A DNA stretch of 64,000 nt from Candidatus Levyibacteriota bacterium (GTDB lineage: Bacteria > Patescibacteriota > Microgenomatia > Levybacterales > UBA12049): positions 338,915-402,914 of the forward strand of contig JACOXU010000001.1 of the NCBI GenBank assembly GCA_016182185.1. Reading direction: 5' to 3'. Positions 37,570 through 45,996 of this stretch are shown in pieces (the stretch's first letter is position 1; each line of letters opens with the position of its first letter). The translations under genes were made by a program, and so were the position numbers. The notes under the pieces are model-generated. The model was given only the letters and a program-made list of their open reading frames with translations, was not told the DNA's origin and ran no database searches.

Positions 37570-38271
37570 ATGTCAAACAATGTTCCTCTTATACAGCTTG
37601 AAAATGTAATAAAGAAATATCCCCTAGCAGAAGACGAATTTTATCAAGCTCTTAATAGTATTTCATTAGAAATTAAGGAAGGAGAGTTTGTCGCGATAAT
37701 GGGTCCCTCAGGTTCTGGAAAATCGACGCTGATGCATATAATGGGAGCCTTAGACAACTTATCAGGCGGAAAATATTTTTTTAAGGGAAAAGACATCAGC
37801 TCTTACTCAGAAGATCAGCTTGCAGAAATAAGAAATAAAGAAATAGGATTTGTTTTTCAAACCTTTAACTTACTTCCAAGAACTACTGTCCTTAAAAATG
37901 TAGAGCGCCCCATGATCTATGCAGGAATTCCAGGTAGGCAACGAGACAAAAGAGCTTATGAAGCATTAAAACTTGTAGGAATTGAGGATAAAGCAAATAA
38001 CTTGTCTAATCGTATTTCTGGGGGACAAATTCAAAGAGTCGCCATAGCAAGGGCACTTGTGATGGATCCTTCGATTATCTTAGCCGATGAGCCTACTGGA
38101 AATCTTGATAGTAAAACATCACATGAAATTATGAAATTCATAGCAAAATTGAATAGAGAAGGAAGAACAATTGTAGTGATTACCCATGAGAAAGATATAG
38201 CATCTTTTGCCAATCGTATAATTCGTCTTATGGACGGGAAAGTATTATCAGATACAAAAGGCAAAAAATAA
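37570..38271 (+). CDS. ABC transporter ATP-binding protein (MacB/LolD-type)
   Basis: Walker A GPSGSGKST, signature ISGGQIQRVAIARAL, Walker B ILADEPTGNLD. ATG at 37570 preferred over upstream in-frame extension. Confidence 0.85.
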   Translation: MSNNVPLIQLENVIKKYPLAEDEFYQALNSISLEIKEGEFVAIMGPSGSGKSTLMHIMGALDNLSGGKYFFKGKDISSYSEDQLAEIRNKEIGFVFQTFNLLPRTTVLKNVERPMIYAGIPGRQRDKRAYEALKLVGIEDKANNLSNRISGGQIQRVAIARALVMDPSIILADEPTGNLDSKTSHEIMKFIAKLNREGRTIVVITHEKDIASFANRIIRLMDGKVLSDTKGKK

Positions 38272-38273
38272 AT

Positions 38274-39485
38274 ATGGAATACAAAGAAATTATTCAATCG
38301 GCGCTCCAGGCGTTAAGAATTAATATTTTAAGAACCTCTCTTACCATGCTCGGAATCATAATAGGTATAACGTCAGTGATATTAATCTACTCTATCGGTC
38401 AGGGTGCAGTTGCTTTTATTACCAATGAGTTGAGTTCTTTTGGCACGGATTATTTTCAGATTAATCCCGGAGGAAATCAAATCAGCACATTTGCAGGATC
38501 AAATACTCTCACCTTTGAAGACGTTGAGGCTATTAGAAACGACTCTTCTCTCACGAACATAAAATACGTTGTCCCTTTTGCAATGGCATCAGAAACTGTC
38601 AGCGCCAACGGTCAGGAAGAAGAACTTTTGATATATGGTTCGACTCATGAGGCTGTTGAAATTTTCAAACCTGAGCTGACTGATGGAAGCTTTATTACTG
38701 AAGAGCAGGAAAATGCTTCTGAGCGGGTTGCGGTAATTGGAACTGATGCAGCAGAGAAGTTTTTCGGCGAAGACTCTTCACCGGTTGGAGAAACTATCAG
38801 AATAAATAACAGAACATTTCGGATTACCGGAGTCACCGAATCGACAAGTGTATTGGCAGGAGGATTTATAAATAATGCACTGTTTATTCCTATAGGAGCA
38901 GTAACTGATCAAATATTGGGAGAAAAAAGACTTCAGGAAATAGATGTCAGCGTCTATGATCAGAATAGCATCAATCAAACACTTAAGGACGTAGAGGATC
39001 TCTTAAGAGACAGGCACGGACTTGAAGAAGGAGACGAGAATGATTTTCAGATTCAGAGCGCAAAGGATATTCTTTCAACCGTTCAGACAGTGACCGGGCT
39101 TTTGACGGCAATGATTGTGGCAATCTCAGGCATTTCTCTTGTCGTAGGAGGGATAGGCGTAATGAACATAATGCTTGTTTCAGTCACTGAACGCACAAAA
39201 GAAATTGGACTCTTAAAGGCAATAGGAGCAAAGCAAGGTGACATTCTCTCGCAATTTTTAATAGAAGCCGTAGTTATGACATCTATTGGAGGCATTATAG
39301 GAATAATTCTTGGGACAATAGGTGCTCTTGTGATATCTCTAATTTTTAAAATTCCTTTTATCGTAAGCGCTCCTGCAATTATAATCGCTGTTGGAGTTTC
39401 ATCTCTTGTGGGAATAATATTTGGTCTTTATCCAGCAAGGCGGGCCGCGAAGCTTTCTCCGATAGATGCTTTAAGATACGAATAG
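38274..39485 (+). CDS. ABC transporter permease (MacB/FtsX-like, 4 TM with large periplasmic loop)
   Basis: 403 aa. TM1, a roughly 220-aa loop, then three C-terminal TMs with a GxxxG-rich TM2/3. MacB_PCD-like. Confidence 0.85.
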   Translation: MEYKEIIQSALQALRINILRTSLTMLGIIIGITSVILIYSIGQGAVAFITNELSSFGTDYFQINPGGNQISTFAGSNTLTFEDVEAIRNDSSLTNIKYVVPFAMASETVSANGQEEELLIYGSTHEAVEIFKPELTDGSFITEEQENASERVAVIGTDAAEKFFGEDSSPVGETIRINNRTFRITGVTESTSVLAGGFINNALFIPIGAVTDQILGEKRLQEIDVSVYDQNSINQTLKDVEDLLRDRHGLEEGDENDFQIQSAKDILSTVQTVTGLLTAMIVAISGISLVVGGIGVMNIMLVSVTERTKEIGLLKAIGAKQGDILSQFLIEAVVMTSIGGIIGIILGTIGALVISLIFKIPFIVSAPAIIIAVGVSSLVGIIFGLYPARRAAKLSPIDALRYE

Positions 39486-39923
39486 TTATTTTAAAAGCTT
39501 GGTCTTGTATTTTTTGAGAAAAAATGGAAATTGAGAGTGGGCAGGTTCTGGAAGATTATCTAATCTAAACCATCCTATTTTTTCGTGTTCGTCAGGAACT
39601 CCGTTTTTGACCTTTTTTCTATCGACCAAAACTTTAAAATCGAAAACCATCCAGTGGGTTTTTTCTCCTTTTTCATTAATTCTATGCACATCTCTAAAGC
39701 CCAAAAACTCGAAGCTTTTAACATCTGTACAATATTCTTCTTTAATTTCTCGGGTTAAGGCGCTGTCAATTGTTTCTCCAAGTTCTATTCCACCACCACC
39801 GGGATCCCATCTGCCATGCTCATCTCGAGTGTTTTTGGATCTTTTGCTCATGATGAAATTTCCTTTTCCATCGTGACAGTAAAAAACAATCCCGACACCA
39901 ATATAATCAATTCCCCTTTCCAT
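39486..39923 (-). CDS. NUDIX hydrolase
   Basis: Nudix box GGGGIELGETIDSALTREIKEEYC. Confidence 0.8.
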   Translation of the reverse strand: MERGIDYIGVGIVFYCHDGKGNFIMSKRSKNTRDEHGRWDPGGGGIELGETIDSALTREIKEEYCTDVKSFEFLGFRDVHRINEKGEKTHWMVFDFKVLVDRKKVKNGVPDEHEKIGWFRLDNLPEPAHSQFPFFLKKYKTKLLK

Positions 39924-39946
39924 TGGATGATTATATCAGATGAAGC

Positions 39947-40786
39947 TTATTGAGGTTCTGTACCGATTATAATTTCTATATCGTCTTCTGCGGAGTCTTC
40001 CAGTTCTTCAGTGTCAGATAGTTCATAAGATTTAAGAAGTTCATCCTTGAGTTTCTCAAGAAATGCTTCATCTACATCAGCTTTAACCATTATTACAGTC
40101 TTGAGGAATGATGATTCTGAAGCATTGCCAATGGAAGATACCTTAAATCCTGCTTCTTCCAACGAATCTTTTAGTTTTGATGCTTCCCCGGGTATTTCAC
40201 TACCATTTAGAACTTTTATTGAATATTTTGTAAGATCTACCGGTTCTTCAGTTGGAGCAGCTGTTGGCTTAACTTCGACTTTCTGAGAAGATTCATCTTT
40301 TTGTATCACTTTATTCAGAAAGTCAATATTTCCTCCATTTTGATATACGATAAAACCCCCAACTGCAACTCCTAACGCGAAGATGAAAAGATATTTTATA
40401 ATGCTGACTATTGTTTTTAAAATTCCTCTTCCTCCACCAGATTCATCCTTCGCGACAATTGGTTCATTGGATTCTTCTTCTCCCCCTGGTGATTCTTCGG
40501 CGCTTATTGTTTCTTGTTTTTCCTCAGAACCACCCTCACCGCTTATTGGCTGATTAACCTGTGGCTCAGGCTCTGACATTGGCATGTTCTGAGGAGAAGA
40601 GGACATATTGCTTGCCTGAGGCTTCACATCTGATGATTGACTTGGATCTGTCTGAAGTTGATTCTCTTCAACCGCTTGGACTTCTTCAACTGTACTAGTC
40701 GTAACATCTTCTTGACTTTCCTGTGGTTCTTCCTTGGGAGGAGATTTTTTAACAACTCTTCGCTTATGAATTGCTTTTTTCGGCAT
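39947..40786 (-). CDS. LytR_C (LytR/CpsA/Psr C-terminal) domain protein with long acidic disordered N-terminus and single TM
   Basis: C-terminal KYSIKVLNGSEIPGEASKLKDSLEEAGFKVSSIGNAS...MVKAD fits the LytR_C domain. TM at IVSIIKYLFIFALGVAVGGFIV. Confidence 0.6.
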   Translation of the reverse strand: MPKKAIHKRRVVKKSPPKEEPQESQEDVTTSTVEEVQAVEENQLQTDPSQSSDVKPQASNMSSSPQNMPMSEPEPQVNQPISGEGGSEEKQETISAEESPGGEEESNEPIVAKDESGGGRGILKTIVSIIKYLFIFALGVAVGGFIVYQNGGNIDFLNKVIQKDESSQKVEVKPTAAPTEEPVDLTKYSIKVLNGSEIPGEASKLKDSLEEAGFKVSSIGNASESSFLKTVIMVKADVDEAFLEKLKDELLKSYELSDTEELEDSAEDDIEIIIGTEPQ

Positions 40787-40833
40787 CTATTCTAGTCTGC
40801 TACAGACAGGCTAATTTGTCAATAACCTATTAT

Positions 40834-41604
40834 TTATTCAACTAAAAATGTTACGGATGCCCAGACAATAAGAACTCCGATAAGCAGCATAATGCTTTCA
40901 ATTGCCGCATAGCCTTTTCTTTTCTCATGGTGAATTTCAGGGATAAGATCTGAAGCGGCAATATATATAAAAAACCCTGCGGTAATTGATATAAAGATCG
41001 GAATATAATTTATAAGTGCATTTCCTGCAAGATAAGTCAAAATTGCACCCGCAAATGACGCCAAAGCGCTTAAGATATTAACAAAAATTATTTTTTTTCT
41101 ATTTAATCCCTTATGAAGAAGAAGCCCAAAATCTCCTATTTCCTGAGGTAATTCGTGGGCAAAAACAGCAAGACTTGTAATTATCCCCAATGGAATAGAG
41201 ATAAAAAAAGTTGCAGCTATAACTACACCATCAATAAAATTATGGACTGTATCTCCAAATATTATCAATGGCACGGTATTTTGTGATGATCTTTTTTCGC
41301 TATGATACTCTTCATGGTGATGAAACCAATGAATGAATCTTTCAGTAAAAAAGAAAAAAATAATACCTATTAATGTCCAGAAAAAGACATTTATGCCCAA
41401 CTTTTCTGCATCAACAAGTGCTTCTGGAAGCAAATCAAAAAAAGCGGTTCCCAAAAGAACGCCTGCTGCAAAAGAGGCGAGAAAGTGGGATATCCGAAGG
41501 GCGAACCGTTCCTTTGCAAGAAGAATAACTCCTCCGATAAGTCCGCCAAGGCTTCCTACAAATGTAAAAATTAAAATATTGCCTAGGATTGACAGTTCTT
41601 GCAT
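40834..41604 (-). CDS. zupT: ZIP family zinc/metal transporter (ZupT-like)
   Basis: HNFIDGVVIAATF and HELPQEIGDFGLL motifs of the ZIP family. 8 TM. Confidence 0.85.
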   Translation of the reverse strand: MQELSILGNILIFTFVGSLGGLIGGVILLAKERFALRISHFLASFAAGVLLGTAFFDLLPEALVDAEKLGINVFFWTLIGIIFFFFTERFIHWFHHHEEYHSEKRSSQNTVPLIIFGDTVHNFIDGVVIAATFFISIPLGIITSLAVFAHELPQEIGDFGLLLHKGLNRKKIIFVNILSALASFAGAILTYLAGNALINYIPIFISITAGFFIYIAASDLIPEIHHEKRKGYAAIESIMLLIGVLIVWASVTFLVE

Positions 41605-42005
41605 ATTCCAAAAAACTCAAGCGAGTGAGTTTTAATAATAAATTTTTTTTTCTTGTGAATTTCTTTTTTCAAGGAATCGATCGGGCAGTCAGACATATCT
41701 TCTATCTCTCCGCAGCTTTGGCAGATAAGATGATGATGCTCGTTTTTTAAACCATATTCATATCTGAACTTATCCTCGTTAAAACGGACTTGTTTTAATA
41801 CCCCTTTTTGAGTTAACAGATTTACAATACGAAAAACTGTAGCAGGGTCTGCCTTAACTTTATTTTTTTTGAGAAATCGAATAATGGAAGATACATCTAT
41901 TGGCTCTCTCGAATTCTCAAGTAATCTTAAAACAGCAAGACGAGCAGGAGTTGCTTTGAGGTTTAATTTATTCAGTTCTTTAGAACAATCGTGCAAGATT
42001 TGCAT
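41583..42005 (-). CDS. zur: Fur family transcriptional regulator (likely Zur)
   Basis: 140 aa. DNA-binding wHTH, HHHLICQSCGEIEDMSDCP metal-site motifs, C-terminal CxxC. Overlaps the ZIP gene start by 22 nt. Confidence 0.85.
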   Translation of the reverse strand: MQILHDCSKELNKLNLKATPARLAVLRLLENSREPIDVSSIIRFLKKNKVKADPATVFRIVNLLTQKGVLKQVRFNEDKFRYEYGLKNEHHHLICQSCGEIEDMSDCPIDSLKKEIHKKKKFIIKTHSLEFFGICKNCQS

Positions 42006-42060
42006 AAATGCGATTTATTTGCAATTAGTATATGCAAACGACTTGCATTTGTCAAGTAGC
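42006..42060 (-). promoter_or_regulatory. zur promoter (TTGACA-17-TATACT on minus strand) with embedded 17-bp palindrome ATGCAAacgacTTGCAT and repeated TTGCA(T/A) half-sites
   Basis: Read directly. The palindrome at 42032-42048 occupies the -35/-10 spacer. Further TTGCAT/TTGCAA copies lie at 42000-42024. Confidence 0.5.
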
Positions 42061-42119
42061 AAATAATTAAATTATTTATTGAGCTGGTATTTTGAGATCT
42101 TGTTTCTTATAATACTTAC

Positions 42120-42764
42120 GTGAATTTATACAAGAGGGTTCTTCAGGATATCTGGAAAGAGGTTCCGCCTGACTATTATCAAAAAGGAGTAAAGAAAAAT
42201 ATCTTACAACGAACTTGGCACAAGGGAAAGCTCAAAACTATTCTTTCGTTTATAGAAGACTATCCACAGAGTATTCTCGATGTCGGATGCGCAAGCGGCT
42301 GGTTTTTAAATGAAGTATCAAGAAAATTCCCAAAAGCAGAATGTACAGGAATTGATCCCTATGAAGATGCAATTAAGTATGGAAAGAAAAAATATGAGAA
42401 GCTTAATTTGATTGTTGCGGATGGTCACGATATTCCCCTTCCAAGCTCTACGTTTGACCTTGTTATCTGTAGCGAAGTGCTCGAACATGTGGCTAATCCT
42501 GAAAAGGTAGTTGGTGAAATAAAACGAGTCATGGCTCCAAATGGAATAGCACTTATTGAAATGGACAGCGGAAATATTCTATTCAGAATGATATGGTACT
42601 GGTGGACTCATATGAGAAAAGGCGTTTGGCAACATGCGCATTTGCACTCATTCAATGCCAAAAAACTTGAAAAAATTATAAAAAAAGGCGGTTTAATTAT
42701 AGTTGAGAAGAAGGTCTTTAATTTCACAATGGCCGTCACCTATAAAACAAAGAAAAAATCCTGA
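42120..42764 (+). CDS. class I SAM-dependent methyltransferase
   Basis: Motif I ILDVGCASGWF and motif post-I DLVICSEVLEHV. GTG start sits 7 nt after a TATAAT box (42108-42113), so the mRNA may be leaderless. Confidence 0.8.
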   Translation: MNLYKRVLQDIWKEVPPDYYQKGVKKNILQRTWHKGKLKTILSFIEDYPQSILDVGCASGWFLNEVSRKFPKAECTGIDPYEDAIKYGKKKYEKLNLIVADGHDIPLPSSTFDLVICSEVLEHVANPEKVVGEIKRVMAPNGIALIEMDSGNILFRMIWYWWTHMRKGVWQHAHLHSFNAKKLEKIIKKGGLIIVEKKVFNFTMAVTYKTKKKS

Positions 42765-42827
42765 GATTATTAATCCGGCCAGTGGCATTTTTTGTACTAC
42801 TACCTAAATAGATTGTCACATGAAGCA

Positions 42828-44831
42828 CTAATTGTTATCGTTACTAAAGCGATAAATTGTAGTTGTATCATTTTCAAAAATCTTTATTAAATTAATTTCT
42901 TTTAATCCTTCATTGAATACTGGTTTACCATAAAAATATAAAATACTTATGTTGTTTTCCTTCAACAGTTTTTTAACTTGATTTACATCTTTACTAGCTA
43001 GAATAATCTTTCTAACTTTCTCTCTGTCTTTAAACTCAAGAATATTATGGCTTTCTAATATCCACTGTCCTGACAGATACATATCTCTTTGCGTAAAAGC
43101 GCTTACATAAGGATAGCGTGAATCCCAACTGCCTTCATTAAATACCAACACTACCTCTTCAGAATCTGTATTGTTTCGTACAAAATCCATAGCTCTCAAT
43201 TCATCCGTATCAATTATTGGGGACGTTAACTTAAAGTAATACAAAAAACTTTGATTTCTTTGCATCCATCTTGGTATAGTTACGGCTAGAAGTAGGAAGA
43301 CCAGTAGTATACGAACCCACACGTTTATATTTAATAACCTGCCTAATAAAAAAGCCATAGGAATTGATAATAAAAGGCTTGAAGCAAGAAAAAAATTAAA
43401 GATATTTGCTCCACCACTTTCTTGATAGAAAAATGTACCTAAAATTACACCTGAAATCATTGCTGCATAGAGAAAAAGATAAAGAGGTAAACCAAGCTTT
43501 TTGATTATCCCTCCTACTGGAATCCAACCGACATTTTTAATTCCAAACTGAGAGAGAAGAAAGAGAAATAACATAGTTATATCCATACGCAATGCTTGAA
43601 GCCAATTGGCATGTAGTGCATAAGTTTGACGTGCAAGTTCAAGAGTACTCAGATGTAAATCTGGATGAACAGCAAAATCTCTTGTTATCCAAAATGGAGT
43701 TAAAATCAACTTTCCAGAACTTATATTAACAGGCAGATATACAAAAAGGGCTAAAACAGCTGTCAGTATGGGCATCAACAACATTTTTATTTCCCTTTTT
43801 ATTATTAAAAGAAGCGATAGGATAGCTATGCCAATATAAACAGGGATTGCAGTGTGTGCCTTAAACCCTATTATAGAACCAAATAGTAAAGCTGTTATAA
43901 TACCAGTACGTAATTTTTTATCTTGCAACCAAAGTTTTAAAAAGAGTATGCCACAAAGAGCTATAACAATAGAAAACGCACGTGGGGGATTTTCTAGAAA
44001 CTCTACTCCTCCTTCTAAAGCACCTATACTAAAATTAAAAGTACGAGCAGTGACAAAAGTGAACAGATAGAGAATATCTGAGGAAAAGTATTGTAAATAT
44101 ACTAAAAGTATTACTCCATAGCCTGAAAAATTCAGCTTTTTTGCTAGAGTATAAGCAACACCTCCTAAAAGAAGTGACATCAGTAAGTACATGTATTGAT
44201 ATTGCGTTTGCAATATTGGTAAGTGAAAAACTCTTACTAGCTCAGCAATTACTAAATTGGACCAGTAATGGTAATTATGTACAATCTCATTTACAAGTCC
44301 AGGCTGAAAAGGAGGAAAACGCCTGGCTAACTGAGATATTAAAGCAGTATGCCATAAGGCATCATCTCCTGCTGCTGCAAATATATGGATTCCATCAGAA
44401 GCTAAATTGCCTGCTACCCAAAATTTTTGCACCTGCCCGAAAATTCCGACTACAAAAATAAAAAGCAGTATATAAGAAAGTTTGTTCTTCGGAAAGCATA
44501 TTGCTGGTATTTTGAAAATTTTTTGAATAGTTTTAATATTAAGTCTGTTTTTTGCCCAAAGGAATATACATAACCCAAGATATGCGTATGTTAGATATCT
44601 TGCATTTAGATAGCCAAATACTACTCCTTGATATGCCCATAACGTAAAACCGACTATAAAACATGCTACAATCCTTTCAAAAAAAGTAGGTAAATTTTGT
44701 TTTATTTTACCAAGAATTAAATCGCCAGGAATGTAGAAGGCAACAAATATTGCAAAGAGGAAGTATGGTAGAAGTAGTAAACTTTTAGAGAAGTTCAAAA
44801 GGAAAAGCTGGTCAAAGATTAGAGTGCTCAT
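42828..44831 (-). CDS. large polytopic membrane protein with C-terminal soluble domain (possible GT-C-like; function unknown)
   Basis: 667 aa. At least 12 predicted TM helices, then about 150 aa of hydrophilic C-terminus. Confidence 0.5.
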   Translation of the reverse strand: MSTLIFDQLFLLNFSKSLLLLPYFLFAIFVAFYIPGDLILGKIKQNLPTFFERIVACFIVGFTLWAYQGVVFGYLNARYLTYAYLGLCIFLWAKNRLNIKTIQKIFKIPAICFPKNKLSYILLFIFVVGIFGQVQKFWVAGNLASDGIHIFAAAGDDALWHTALISQLARRFPPFQPGLVNEIVHNYHYWSNLVIAELVRVFHLPILQTQYQYMYLLMSLLLGGVAYTLAKKLNFSGYGVILLVYLQYFSSDILYLFTFVTARTFNFSIGALEGGVEFLENPPRAFSIVIALCGILFLKLWLQDKKLRTGIITALLFGSIIGFKAHTAIPVYIGIAILSLLLIIKREIKMLLMPILTAVLALFVYLPVNISSGKLILTPFWITRDFAVHPDLHLSTLELARQTYALHANWLQALRMDITMLFLFLLSQFGIKNVGWIPVGGIIKKLGLPLYLFLYAAMISGVILGTFFYQESGGANIFNFFLASSLLLSIPMAFLLGRLLNINVWVRILLVFLLLAVTIPRWMQRNQSFLYYFKLTSPIIDTDELRAMDFVRNNTDSEEVVLVFNEGSWDSRYPYVSAFTQRDMYLSGQWILESHNILEFKDREKVRKIILASKDVNQVKKLLKENNISILYFYGKPVFNEGLKEINLIKIFENDTTTIYRFSNDNN

Positions 44832-44998
44832 TAAAATAATAGTTTTATTATATCAATAATGTAATTACACCCAATGTTTAAACTCTCTTAACTTATATTT
44901 TATGAGTCAGTCCAAATTGCTATTCAAGTGGCATTTTTTGAAAGCTGTCTTAATAGAATTTCATATAAACAATCAAGTCCAATTGTCACTTGGATTGG

Positions 44999-45757
44999 TC
45001 AAGGCGAGTTTAACGCTTGTCTTACTTGATTAGTTTGAGATATATCATTATTTGGGACTTTGGGGTGACTTAGGCCTTTTTGGTAAGCGATAATGTCAAT
45101 AAACGTTTTAAGAACCATAAATACTACAAAAATTAAATTACTTCCGTAGTATAAAGCGATTATCGGAGCAAAAATTATAATAATTTGCATCGGAATAATT
45201 CTCGCATAAGGACGACCCATGATAAGACTGAGTTTAATTACTGCAGGCTCCCTCTTTAATTGATTTTTTTCTGAAAGGTAAGATAAGCCATGATGGATTG
45301 CGAAAAAAAATCCGCTTATAAGAATTGATAAGGAACTGATATTTCCTCCTAAAGTAATTGTTCCCACATAATCCCCATTAATAGTGATGGGTACGCTTGA
45401 CAGACTGAAAGCAAAAAGAAAGAACATATATATAAAATGAAATCCTCCGTAATGGATAATAAAAAATAAAGCCATAAATAGTCTATGTACGCTCGAAAGT
45501 GGATATGCTGCTTGTGCGCCGACTTGAACATCTTCAATAAATTTATCTAAAGGAGAATTTAGAATTCGAATTACATTTACTGCTCCTATAATGACACTCT
45601 GCAGCCAATAGGTCCAAAGAACTTGCATGATAGAACCCTGATTCTGAATAAAAAGGCCAATGGTGATAAGATTTGCTAGTAATAAGGTTGATATTAAGAT
45701 AACTGACTTAGTCGCAGAATAATTCTCCTTGACTCTAAGAGAAGAGGAATCGATCAT
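44999..45757 (-). CDS. hypothetical 6-7 TM membrane protein
   Basis: 252 aa, hydrophobic throughout. Preceded by a 240-nt leader containing a GC-rich island. Confidence 0.45.
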   Translation of the reverse strand: MIDSSSLRVKENYSATKSVILISTLLLANLITIGLFIQNQGSIMQVLWTYWLQSVIIGAVNVIRILNSPLDKFIEDVQVGAQAAYPLSSVHRLFMALFFIIHYGGFHFIYMFFLFAFSLSSVPITINGDYVGTITLGGNISSLSILISGFFFAIHHGLSYLSEKNQLKREPAVIKLSLIMGRPYARIIPMQIIIIFAPIIALYYGSNLIFVVFMVLKTFIDIIAYQKGLSHPKVPNNDISQTNQVRQALNSP

Positions 45758-45996
45758 AGATTAATAATAACAGACTGTTAAGGATAATTCTGCATAGACT
45801 CGGCCTAGACTGTTTATTTTGAGGTAGTTCAATTTACAGTTTAGATTGTTAAATCACGCTGAAGTGGTCGGATAATGACACCGTTTGTACTTTTTCCCGG
45901 AACCGCCCTCCTGTTTTTACTTTTCGCCTTTTGAGAACTATTCGTTCACGGCTCAAAGAGCAAACCTGGAAGGGCTCCGCTAGTTTTTATAATTTA

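Noticed and set aside
45840-45996. Tried to assign the GC-rich spacer to SRP RNA, RNase P RNA or tmRNA
   Set aside because: Key conserved cores (GGAAGCAGCC helix-8 loop, GGAAAGUCCGGGCUCC P4, tRNA-like acceptor/T-arm) are not present. Kept only as an unassigned structured-RNA candidate.
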